DNA of 64,000 nt, taken from Polyangiaceae bacterium. Lineage in GTDB: Bacteria > Myxococcota_A > Polyangia > Polyangiales > Polyangiaceae. The stretch is taken from the NCBI GenBank assembly GCA_050304975.1, contig JBNLEN010000008.1, positions 10,126 to 74,125 of the forward strand, in the 5' to 3' direction. The position numbers and the translations under genes were made by a program. Shown here one piece after another: positions 18,301 through 26,292 of this stretch. Position 1 is the stretch's first letter, and each line of letters opens with the position of its first letter. The notes under the pieces are model-generated. The model saw nothing but the letters and a program-made list of their open reading frames with translations, was not told where the DNA came from and made no database searches.

Positions 18301-19985
18301 CGCCCCAAGTCCGTGGCGCCTCCTGGACGCGCCTTGGCCAGCCCCGCTAGCAGTTGTTGACGCGCCTCATCAACCACGCTGACGAAGCCAAGCTTTCCAA
18401 CCGCAGGGACCAGTGAGTCTGAACCCAGCATCAGCGCAACCCGGTCGTCAGCATTCAAGTGCGAAAGCAGAGCAGTGGCTGCCGCCCTAGCCACGGCTAA
18501 GTCTGCAGCCGTCGTGGCTGCGGAATTGTCCACCACGATCGCCAGATCCAGCCCGCCCTCTCGTGGCGGCAGACTTTCGGCGCGCAGCGGCACGACTACA
18601 TAGTCTTGTTCACCTTTTGCGCTTTCTTTGGCCGCGTCTCTTTGGTCCGGAAACAGCACCTGAAGATCTGGCACGTGCTGGGCGCGGTAAGCGGTCGTCT
18701 TGCCAGCGTTATCAAACAGCTCAATCGCCAGATCGGAGCGGGGCACGAAATCATGACGGCGAATGACCACGCTTTGTCCGCGCTTCACTCCAGCAAACCC
18801 CGAGCGCACCTGGGTCGCCCCGGCTTTGCTCAAGTCGATCTCGGCTCGAAACTCCTCAATCACGGGCAGCACGCCATCGGCTCCTTGGGCGGCCATGGGG
18901 TAGACGTACAAACGCCTAGCAGCGTCTGGTCCAGTTCGGTCGAGCCAGTGGCTGTAGCTCACGACGATGCTGCGGCGCATTCCCGGGCGAATGGGGTACA
19001 GCCGGGCTCGGTACTCACCCGGCCCGACCCACTCCAAGAGGGCTGGGTTTTCTTGGGAGCCTTCGTAAACGTTGCTTTGATATTGGGCCGCCGCCGCATG
19101 CTTCTCCTTCACGCGCCCCCAAATCACTTGCCCGTCGCGATCGACTCCGAAGCGCACCAACTGTGCGCCTGGCGGGATCCGAAGCTGATAGATACCTTCA
19201 ACCGTGTCCGAAGTGGGGTTGAAGAACTGTTGCGTGACGACGGTGTGCGCGAAGTCTTTCTCGATACTCACGTTGACGCGCATGTTTTGAATCGCCAAGG
19301 GGAAACGTGGACCGCCAGTCGCCCCTGGTCTGCGCGCCCCGATCGTGCCAACCCCAAAGGGCGGCGGACTCGGAGCGCGGTCGGTCGTGGCCAAACCTCC
19401 GGTCCAGTCGTGCCAGGCTAGCGCCGGCGCGATCTGTGGCTTGGCTTCGGCCGTCGCCGTCAGGCGTTCACCCGCTTGAACGCGGTGCTCATCACCGAGT
19501 CGCAGTTCGCCCCGGAGCACGTACGCCTCCAAGGCTCCCTTGGCGTCCACTTCAAGACTAGCCCGCACGCTTTCCAGGTTGAGCAGCCCCGCGGCGGTCT
19601 TCACGCGCAGCGAAATTCCCGTCGGCGCTTCGGCAAACAGACGCCCTTGCTGCAACTCCAGTTGGTCGTGTCGAAAGGTGAGCTTGGCCGGACCACGCAG
19701 CAGCACGGTGCTACCACCATCGTAACGCAGCCAAACCAGCTCCCCAGCTTCGAGCTCAACCCCAGCGCCGTCCACCAAACGTTCGCGAGGATAGGCGTCA
19801 CGCACTTGTTCATCCGGAGCAGCAATCGCCGCGACTCCCCGCACCGAACGCAGCTCGGCCCAAGTCAGATCTTTGGGTTCGAGTCGCTCATCAGCGGTCT
19901 GCTTGCAGCCGCCGACCATCCCCAGCACAACCAAACCAACAACCATCCAGCAGCACCAGCGCACCGCCCGGACAAGCATGCTCAT
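15309..19985 (-). CDS. Giant lipoprotein-type FecR-like / VIT / vWA / TonB-C-like (AgmX/PglI-type) / TPR protein (gene A, 1558 aa)
   Basis: The internal ATG at 19985 gives MSMLVRAVRWCCWMVVGLVVLGMVGGCKQ, a lipobox-like signal. FecR-like: LVDGAGVELEAGELVWLRYDGGSTVLLRGPAKL. VIT: MRVNVSIEKDFAHTVVTQQFFNPTSDTVEGIYQLRIPPGAQLVRF. vWA: IVVDNSAATT, GGATDL, IGDGRPTVG. TonB-C-like: GKLPKEVIQRIVRQNYGRFRLCYEKGL...VVYPIMFSPG. TPR-like helices follow (AEARRHYETLAELTPEDP...). Confidence 0.8.
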   Translation of the reverse strand: MSMLVRAVRWCCWMVVGLVVLGMVGGCKQTADERLEPKDLTWAELRSVRGVAAIAAPDEQVRDAYPRERLVDGAGVELEAGELVWLRYDGGSTVLLRGPAKLTFRHDQLELQQGRLFAEAPTGISLRVKTAAGLLNLESVRASLEVDAKGALEAYVLRGELRLGDEHRVQAGERLTATAEAKPQIAPALAWHDWTGGLATTDRAPSPPPFGVGTIGARRPGATGGPRFPLAIQNMRVNVSIEKDFAHTVVTQQFFNPTSDTVEGIYQLRIPPGAQLVRFGVDRDGQVIWGRVKEKHAAAAQYQSNVYEGSQENPALLEWVGPGEYRARLYPIRPGMRRSIVVSYSHWLDRTGPDAARRLYVYPMAAQGADGVLPVIEEFRAEIDLSKAGATQVRSGFAGVKRGQSVVIRRHDFVPRSDLAIELFDNAGKTTAYRAQHVPDLQVLFPDQRDAAKESAKGEQDYVVVPLRAESLPPREGGLDLAIVVDNSAATTAADLAVARAAATALLSHLNADDRVALMLGSDSLVPAVGKLGFVSVVDEARQQLLAGLAKARPGGATDLGRILTEAARLLEPKRRGAVVYIGDGRPTVGELDRVKLLKQLQSLPRPTRLFTLGLGLNARMDLLSALARGGFSKRISDGYGAAEAALEVLTQADKPALLDVSVDFGGNVERLQPSGPLTLIEGQSTWVVGRVTKAMPSQLVLKTADSSQTVELDAHPLDDHGDSRQRWANGRLMDLLRAGEGRAVLVDLGSRYGILTPFTSFYVPTENELREERRQYEPEEEEEVELVTENADNKEGGTGTRAKGEEGSMGKETSRATNKRYAVKGPSDNPREQALREAAEFGMIGLLNSGASGEPPPEPMKDPAPRDEPEEAESDDAWAAGDAYGAGGLGLKAASKGGGGRGDGIGLGSLGTLGHGAGTGTGQGFGGGHGRLGGSHRTSAPRVRMGATTVTGKLPKEVIQRIVRQNYGRFRLCYEKGLGVNPNLEGRVSVRFKIAGDGSVGNVANGGSSLPDSGVVDCIVRAFYGLSFPKPEEGSVSVVYPIMFSPGGGASAPREPPKPVEESKPQGRVSVTVVVDNVQRVPSPCSPAAALPFSERLKLWRERLAGKSPLVSKDVYFATLHGCEAKSWQQRARLLSIMLDNLKTVEERVDLWQRMIGFQTERELLYRGILARVRTPQETRELHEALGLKTLSPSILADKLKAAKSLKERADMLRALAAQWPDDLALHLNWLGALEDAELYGQARDLCHDLRARADADAAVRTYVGELYLRLAERAKNAKEAEEDRAQAKRAFGEIVEFAPDDPGARRRLGDLLRAHGWYAEARRHYETLAELTPEDPTVQVLIATCAYGQGRIEEAMNWLDKARQSGDPDNPQGVASSALAVASTYLAWARQQARQDKEADVAKTLLTRARRLRSATKPGVANGLRVTLTWDHPDFHPTLWRSLGDSGTVATKMDPLLGIAELELPAAPEPIVEVRVDPAQLDAVARLGVQGRLTVAFDELGDKERIVSVPVRFLRDRLVPAEGRAKNPSDKDASLRFRIADGELKLLNGKEEVADG

Positions 19986-20281
19986 CTTGCCCCACCTTCC
20001 ATCGTGGCCCCTCCGTTGCTTCGCAGCATAAAAGCCAAGTTGCCTTCTGACACCGCAATTCGACTGTGTTGGGGTTAAGAAGCCATTTTTGCGGAAACTG
20101 CTCATCGTCCATCCCATCCCACAAGGTGCGCATGAGAGGAATGTCACGCGAAAATCTGCGGGCGAGGAAAGCAGACAGCAGAACTCGCAGCAAGTTGCCC
20201 CAAAAACTTCCGTTCCGGTTTTCGTAAACCGAACGCTCAGCGGAAAATGCTTGCCAGCTCTGCGTGGGTTGCGGTCACTTG

Positions 20282-21544
20282 ATGCTCATGTGGTTTTCTT
20301 CGCGGCTCGGCACTTCTGCCCTTGGCTTCCTGCTCGCTGCCTGTGGTTCAGATCCGGAAGGCAGCGCCAATACTGGAGGAAGCAAGTCCAATCCTGAGCC
20401 GAACACGCCCACACCGATGCTGGGCGATGACGATGGGCTCGCTACTGAAGACGGGGACGGCGCCGAAGCGGGGGATGATGCCCTGCCCCCGGGGCCGCTC
20501 GATGGCGACGGCGCGGACCCAACGGATATGTCGATGACCCCACAGGACGACGTCCCGATGGACGAAAATCCCCCGATGGCTGAAGACGATGCCGGGGCTT
20601 CAATACAGCCAGACCCGCCGCAAGATCTGCCGCCGCCGCTGCCCGGTGAATATGGAAGCCGCGCAGACCTTCTGGAAGCCAATTCGGAAATGGCCGTCGC
20701 CGAACTGGATGGTGTGATCTACGTGGTTGGCGGATATCCGTCATCGCGCGAGGTTCAGACGACTGTCCAAGCGTACACCATCGCGTCAGACAGCTGGGAC
20801 TTTGCCCGTCCGCATCCGATCCCGATCCACCATCCAGTGGTCAAAGGTGTCGCCGGAAAGCTGTACAGTCTTGGTGGGCAAGAAGACACGGGGCGCAGCT
20901 TCGCCTACGACCCGAGCGCCGCAGAATGGACGGAGATCGCCAGCATGCCCACCGCACGCGGCGGCGGTGCCGCGGCCGTGATCGACGATCAGATCTATGT
21001 GGTCGGCGGGCGCCCACCAGCTGGTAACGCTTTTGAAGTCTATGACGTCAGTGACGATGCGTGGACTCAGCTGCCGCCACTTCCCCAAGACTACGACGAA
21101 CGCAACCACCTCGCCGCGGCGGCCATCGGTGGCAAAGTCTACGTCGCTGGCGGCCGCTACGACGGGGGCGGCTTCGGCAGTCCGCGCACGGATGCGCTCG
21201 ATGTGTTCGATCCTGTCGCCGGCGAATGGAGCCGCGCGGCGCCCATGCTCAGGCCGCGCGGGGGCAACAACGGCGTCGCCGCCTACGGCTGCTTCTACAC
21301 TTGGGGCGGCGAGGGACAAGACATTGGCGAACCCAATGATGTGTATCCCGATCACGACGTCTACAACCCCGTGACGGATGAATGGCGAGCGCTGGATCCA
21401 CTGCCCACCCCGATCCACGGCGTGACCGGGGCGGCGTTCGTGGATGGTCTGATCTACATGCCGGGTGGCGGCACCCAATCAGGCGGAAGTAGCGGTTCGG
21501 TCTTTTTCCAGGTGTATCGCCCCGACGTCCGCTGCGACCAGTAG
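20282..21544 (+). CDS. Kelch-repeat lipoprotein
   Basis: Signal and lipobox: MLMWFSSRLGTSALGFLLAACGS. An acidic Pro/Asp-rich linker follows, then repeated Kelch strings: GVIYVVGGY, GKLYSLGGQ, DQIYVVGGR, GKVYVAGGR, FYTWGGEG, GLIYMPGGG. The start could instead be the GTG at 20264. Confidence 0.85.
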   Translation: MLMWFSSRLGTSALGFLLAACGSDPEGSANTGGSKSNPEPNTPTPMLGDDDGLATEDGDGAEAGDDALPPGPLDGDGADPTDMSMTPQDDVPMDENPPMAEDDAGASIQPDPPQDLPPPLPGEYGSRADLLEANSEMAVAELDGVIYVVGGYPSSREVQTTVQAYTIASDSWDFARPHPIPIHHPVVKGVAGKLYSLGGQEDTGRSFAYDPSAAEWTEIASMPTARGGGAAAVIDDQIYVVGGRPPAGNAFEVYDVSDDAWTQLPPLPQDYDERNHLAAAAIGGKVYVAGGRYDGGGFGSPRTDALDVFDPVAGEWSRAAPMLRPRGGNNGVAAYGCFYTWGGEGQDIGEPNDVYPDHDVYNPVTDEWRALDPLPTPIHGVTGAAFVDGLIYMPGGGTQSGGSSGSVFFQVYRPDVRCDQ

Positions 21545-22900
21545 CTCGAGCTTAGCGCGAGCATCAGCCAGCAACGCCCGAGCCGCAGGCTCAATCACGT
21601 CGGACTTGGTCCGGAGTTCCAGCTCGTCCATTTCCATCGGCGTCAGACGACCAGCAGCGTGGTGCGCCTCGATACGCTGCGCAGACCATTGGCTTGCCTC
21701 AGCGTCAGAAGCGCGAAATTGCCGGCTCGACAACGCTTGCTCAAACGCGCGCTCGACGGCATTGATGACTGACTCGTCCTGAGTGGACGTGGCCTGTGCC
21801 AGGGCCCAAGCCACGAATCTCCAAGCCAGCTCCGCATGGCGCGCCTCATCTTCCGAGATTTCCGAGAGCACTTGCCGCACGATCAGCTCTCGCGATCGCT
21901 CCAGCTGCTCACCGGCCACCAAGGATGCCAGGGTCTCCCCCACACAGCCCTCGTGCACAGCCAGCGCAGCAGCTTCCGCCAAACTCGAACTCAGTTTGAC
22001 GCGACTTAGATCCAACGCCCCCGGTCCCTGTCGCCGGCCGGAGAAGTGCTGCGCCACACGAAAGCAGGCTTTGGCATGCTCGATCTCTTCGAGCGCTGCC
22101 CGGTGCGCCGCCTGGACGAGATCCGGCGGAGCCCCAAACGCCATGAGCTCTAGTGAGAAGCGAGAGAACGACGCCACCGAAGCGTGCTCCATCAGCGCGT
22201 CCCGTTGCCAGCACTCCGCAATTTCCGCAGCCCAATTCGAGCCGGGATCTAGCTCTGACGCGAATCCCAACTCGCGACTCCAGTCCCCACGCTGAACCAG
22301 CGGAGCCACGAGCGCCCGCCCGTCCACCTGCAATGGCCTGCCGCAACAGGCGCCGGTGCAGAATTGGTAACAACACTGCCCATCTACCAGCACCGCTTCG
22401 GTCGCCGCCGGATTGCAGCAACCGTCACCAATGAACTCTTTCTTGGCGCAGCCATTGTCCAAGAACGCCGCTTGCACTTCTTCGTCGGTGCGCGGCGGCT
22501 CCAACGGGATTTGTCCGTACCCGGTGCGCGCCATGCGCTCCATGCTTTCCGCGTTGAAGCACTGCATGCCCGGCTGCCCAAAATCGCACATCAGCTCTTC
22601 TGGCTCCGGCGTCATTTCGGGAGGACTCGGCGGGGGGATAGGGTCGACCTCCTCCGGGCCGTCTGTGGAATTGTTCGGTGGATCCGGAGTCTGAATGTTC
22701 GGCTCATCCGGCTCGTTCATCTCATCCGACATAGGCGTCGACGGATTGTTTTTTCCATCCGGATTGAGTTGAGTTCCAGTGGTCTGGGCCGAAGTCGAAT
22801 CAGCTTGGGCCCCGCAGGCGGGAACGAGCGCCGCACCGGCGATCGCAGCCAGCAGGCGCCACTTCATCTCGGAGAAACGACGGGCAGAACGGATTGTCAT
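21479..22900 (-). CDS. Lipoprotein with a Cys-rich module and a C-terminal ferritin-like (four-helix, ExxH) domain
   Basis: The ATG at 22898-22900 gives MTIRSARRFSEMKWRLLAAIAGAALVPACG. Cys-rich block: CDFGQPGMQC...GDGCCNPA...GQCCYQFCTGACCGRP. Ferritin-like pairs: EHASVASFSRF, ALEEIEHAKACF, VHEGCVGETLA, SEDEARHAELAWRF. The ORF-track N-terminal extension to 23221 is rejected. Confidence 0.75.
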   Translation of the reverse strand: MTIRSARRFSEMKWRLLAAIAGAALVPACGAQADSTSAQTTGTQLNPDGKNNPSTPMSDEMNEPDEPNIQTPDPPNNSTDGPEEVDPIPPPSPPEMTPEPEELMCDFGQPGMQCFNAESMERMARTGYGQIPLEPPRTDEEVQAAFLDNGCAKKEFIGDGCCNPAATEAVLVDGQCCYQFCTGACCGRPLQVDGRALVAPLVQRGDWSRELGFASELDPGSNWAAEIAECWQRDALMEHASVASFSRFSLELMAFGAPPDLVQAAHRAALEEIEHAKACFRVAQHFSGRRQGPGALDLSRVKLSSSLAEAAALAVHEGCVGETLASLVAGEQLERSRELIVRQVLSEISEDEARHAELAWRFVAWALAQATSTQDESVINAVERAFEQALSSRQFRASDAEASQWSAQRIEAHHAAGRLTPMEMDELELRTKSDVIEPAARALLADARAKLELLVAADVGAIHLEKDRTATSA

Positions 22901-23168
22901 CACAGAACCTTTGCTAAGTGTCCATCCGTTTTCGGATGAGCAGCTGCTAGTGTCCATTAGGGTTAGCTGCTGACCCGACTGGGTGCAATTGTCGCACCAG
23001 CCCCCACCCGAGAAAGCGTATACCAACGGTATACGCCGCGATTTCGACGCCGCAATTGACGACCAAAAGTTCACGCGATGGGGCATCAGCGCACAAAGTT
23101 CGCTCCTGACACCAATTTCTTGAGCCCGCCTGGCCCCCGGGAAGCGAACCAGGTAGCCTTTTCGACGC

Positions 23169-25229
23169 ATGCCGAGAGGGAGAACTCCAATGAGTCCGGG
23201 CGCGTCGCTGCGCGCGCTCAAGGGCTTGTTCCCAGATCAGTATCGCAACTGGGTGATGACAGGCACGCTCGCCGCCACCCTCGGCTATGCGGTTTCGGCC
23301 CTGGCTCGGCTGCCGGCTCTCTACCCGTCCGAGCTGGTCGTGGTCGCGGTCGCCGCGCTTGCGACCTGGCTCGTGCGCCGCGGGCACGTCGAATTTGGGG
23401 CCTACGTGGTCTTGGCCATCGTTTGGCTCGAGTTTCACTATTCGTATCTCGTCACCAACGAAGGTCTGGGCTCCTCGACCACCTCCGCCCTGGGAGTCTA
23501 CGTACTGGTGGTCGGGCTGTATTTTGGAGGGCGCGCCGCCGTGTTCATGGCTGCGGCGCTGACGCTCACAGTACCTGGCGCCTTGTTGCTCGGTGCCCGG
23601 ATATATGGCACGCGCGGACTGCCCGAATCGCAGCTGCCGCACTTGATGATCGCCGTCGCCGTCATGGTGGCCACTGGCGCCATCCTGCTCGTCTATCTGC
23701 GCACGCTTGGCCACGTCATCCAGATTGCCGAAGAGCACGCCGCGCGCGCCGAGCATCTGGTTGAGGGGTCACCGGATGCGCTGGTGGCCGTCAACGCAAA
23801 CGGCAAGATCGACGCCTTCAACAGCGCTGCGGAAAGACTACTTGGGATTGAGCGCCGACGAGCGCTGGGCCATGAACTGTCAATCTTGCCGCTGGAATCC
23901 GACAAGGCAGCCGAGCCGCCGCTGAATGAGCTGCTTGATTCTGCAACGCGTCTGGAGCTGAAAGTGCAGGGCACCGATCGGGTCGTCGAGGTGCGAAGCC
24001 AGGGTACGGCAGGCGGCGGGGCGGTGCACATTCTCGTGTTCAGGGACATTTCTGACCGAAGACAGGCCGAACAACAGGCGCGCCAACTGCAACAGCAACT
24101 GCAACATGCCCAGAAGATGGAAGCGGTCGGACGCCTCGCGGGTGGCGTCGCTCATGACTTCAACAATCTGCTGACGGCGGTGGGTGGCTACGGTGAGTTG
24201 CTGGGTGACGCCGACCAAGACTGGGTGCAAGAGCTAGGCAAGGAACTGGTCGACGCACAAGAACGCGGCAGCGCGCTCACGCGGCAACTCTTGGCTTTCG
24301 CACGTAAGGAAGTCGCGCAGCCGACGATCCTGGACGTCAGTCAAATCGTCACCAAAGCCCGCCGCCTGATCGAACGAATTGTGGGCGAGCAAGTGCGCGT
24401 CACCCTGGAGTTGGAGGAGCGCTGCATGGTGCTGGCTGACCCGGGCCACATCGAACAGATCCTGCTTAACTTGGCCAGCAACGCTCGCGACGCGATGCCT
24501 CGGGGCGGCCAGCTTTCCGTCTGCGTACGCTCCGTGCCGGAAGACGCGCAGGTTGAGCTGAGCGTGGAGGATACCGGCGGAGGCATCGAGGCCGGCACCG
24601 AGGGTTTCATTTTCGAACCCTTCTTCACCACCAAGGAGCGCGGAAAAGGAACCGGTCTTGGCTTGGCTACGGTGCATGGCATCGTCACCCAATACAACGG
24701 TCGGATTGATGTGGAGTCCAAGCCGGATGAAGGCGCGACGTTCCGCATTCGTTTCCCTTCTGAGGCCGGCACAGAGGAGTCTGCCTCCAACGAGCGCGAA
24801 GCATTGCCACTCGTCACCGGCTCCGGGGTCGTGCTGGTTGCAGAGGATGACGATGGAGCTCGACGTTACGTGACGCGAGTGTTGCGCAAGGCTGGCTTCA
24901 ATCCGCTCGTGGCCAGCAACGCGACTGAGGCGTTGGAGTTGGCAGCCAGCAGCGGCGCGCCGCGGCTGCTGCTGACGGATGTCATGATGCCCGGCCTGAG
25001 CGGAGTCGAACTGGCGGAGCGTCTGAAGCGCCGCTTCCCACAGATGCCTGTGCTGTTCATGACCGGATATGCGGATGACGTGCTGGATCACCAGCTCGAA
25101 AAAGCCGGCGAAGTCCTGCTCAAGCCGTTCACGAGTAGTGAACTGCTGAAAGCTGTCGAGCGCAAAGTATCCAGCCGTGGTGAGCCTCGACGAGCGCTCC
25201 CGGAAGAACGGCAGCCGACGACCAACTAG
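23169..25229 (+). CDS. Hybrid sensor histidine kinase (TM region, PAS-like, HisKA, HATPase, C-terminal receiver)
   Basis: H-box: QKMEAVGRLAGGVAHDFNNLLTAV. ATPase boxes: NLASNARDAM, VEDTGGGI, GTGLGLATV. Receiver: VLVAEDDDGARRY...LLLTDVMMPGLSG...LLKPF. Confidence 0.9.
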   Translation: MPRGRTPMSPGASLRALKGLFPDQYRNWVMTGTLAATLGYAVSALARLPALYPSELVVVAVAALATWLVRRGHVEFGAYVVLAIVWLEFHYSYLVTNEGLGSSTTSALGVYVLVVGLYFGGRAAVFMAAALTLTVPGALLLGARIYGTRGLPESQLPHLMIAVAVMVATGAILLVYLRTLGHVIQIAEEHAARAEHLVEGSPDALVAVNANGKIDAFNSAAERLLGIERRRALGHELSILPLESDKAAEPPLNELLDSATRLELKVQGTDRVVEVRSQGTAGGGAVHILVFRDISDRRQAEQQARQLQQQLQHAQKMEAVGRLAGGVAHDFNNLLTAVGGYGELLGDADQDWVQELGKELVDAQERGSALTRQLLAFARKEVAQPTILDVSQIVTKARRLIERIVGEQVRVTLELEERCMVLADPGHIEQILLNLASNARDAMPRGGQLSVCVRSVPEDAQVELSVEDTGGGIEAGTEGFIFEPFFTTKERGKGTGLGLATVHGIVTQYNGRIDVESKPDEGATFRIRFPSEAGTEESASNEREALPLVTGSGVVLVAEDDDGARRYVTRVLRKAGFNPLVASNATEALELAASSGAPRLLLTDVMMPGLSGVELAERLKRRFPQMPVLFMTGYADDVLDHQLEKAGEVLLKPFTSSELLKAVERKVSSRGEPRRALPEERQPTTN

Positions 25230-25265
25230 CGTCAGCCGGCAACCAACTAGACGCGGGCCCGCGCC

Positions 25266-26195
25266 TCAGGCGCACGACGCGGAACGCCGCCGACGATACG
25301 CGAGCATCAGTCCGAGCGCCGCCAGTGCAGGCCAGCCTCGCTGCTCGTGGCGTGAGCCCAGGTGCGCGACGGCACATGATGACCCGTCAGGTTCCAGCGC
25401 CGACTCCGTGCATGCCTCTTGCCCCAAAGCAGCCTCTGACACACCGGGCTCAGAGCACTTGTTGGGCATGCCTTCAGGTGGAAAAATATCGCAAATGCCA
25501 TCGACGTCATCTTGCGTCAGCGGGCGTTCGAGCAGATCCCGGTCGTTGTAGCGTGCCGCCATCACCGCGTCGGGATCATCGGAATGGGCCAGTCCAAGAA
25601 AATGCCCAGCCTCATGCGTGGCGATCGAGAGCAATACCGCCCGAATCGCCGCGCGTGAAAAGCCGCCGTTTTCGATTCTTTCGAGATGCAGCTCAACATC
25701 CGCGTCAAACACTCGTCCGCCTGTCACCTCATAGGTGCTGGTGGTGTAGCCCAACGAGCTCTGCTCGTAGCCCCAGGGATCGCTCGTGGTCCACACACTC
25801 ATGTTGAGGGTCGGGCTGTCCTCACAGAAGAACTTACCCGACGCTTCCACCAGACCTGCCGTAGCAAACTTGAATCCGGGCCCTTCTCCGTTGCCACAAT
25901 CCACGTCTGCCCAACGTTGGAAGGCCTCATCCACGACCTCCAGGAAGTCCTGATCGGAAACGCCCAGCGATTCCACCGAACCTTTTGCCACCGCAAAGCT
26001 GAGACATGGCGGATCGTAGAACAGCTCTTCGCCCTCAGTGACGCAGCCACGCGTGTTCATCGCGCAGTTGGTCTCATCGGGGTTACAGGTCCGCAATCGG
26101 CAAAATGCCGCGCTGTCCCCGGTCCACAGTACGAGCGCCGCCAGCGCTGTCGTTCCAACTAGACCACCAGCCCAGCTCACCCGTCGGGATTTCAT
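25266..26195 (-). CDS. Matrixin-type (M10) zinc metalloprotease with a MYXO-CTERM-like C-terminal sorting tail
   Basis: The ATG at 26193-26195 (MKSRRVSWAGGLVGTTALAALVLW) acts as the signal; an alternative ATG lies at 26207. Zinc site: HEAGHFLGLAHSDDPDAVMAARY (HExxHxxGxxH plus a Met-turn). The tail reads GSSCAVAHLGSRHEQRGWPALAALGLMLAYRRRR. Confidence 0.85.
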   Translation of the reverse strand: MKSRRVSWAGGLVGTTALAALVLWTGDSAAFCRLRTCNPDETNCAMNTRGCVTEGEELFYDPPCLSFAVAKGSVESLGVSDQDFLEVVDEAFQRWADVDCGNGEGPGFKFATAGLVEASGKFFCEDSPTLNMSVWTTSDPWGYEQSSLGYTTSTYEVTGGRVFDADVELHLERIENGGFSRAAIRAVLLSIATHEAGHFLGLAHSDDPDAVMAARYNDRDLLERPLTQDDVDGICDIFPPEGMPNKCSEPGVSEAALGQEACTESALEPDGSSCAVAHLGSRHEQRGWPALAALGLMLAYRRRRSASCA

Positions 26196-26292
26196 CCCCG
26201 CAAACATGCTCGGCCAAACGCCGCGTAGCAAGCACAGAATACGCCACGCAACCGGATGGCGGGTAGATAGCGGACCGTGCAATAGTGGCACG

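Noticed and set aside
22901-23221. The N-terminal extension of the ferritin-like lipoprotein ORF (to 23221), and the ORFs 22947-23756 (-) and 23078-23764 (+).
   Set aside because: The extension precedes a clean lipoprotein signal that starts at the ATG at 22900, and it would overlap the kinase start. The other two ORFs overlap the kinase TM region and have an Arg/Gly-rich shadow composition.
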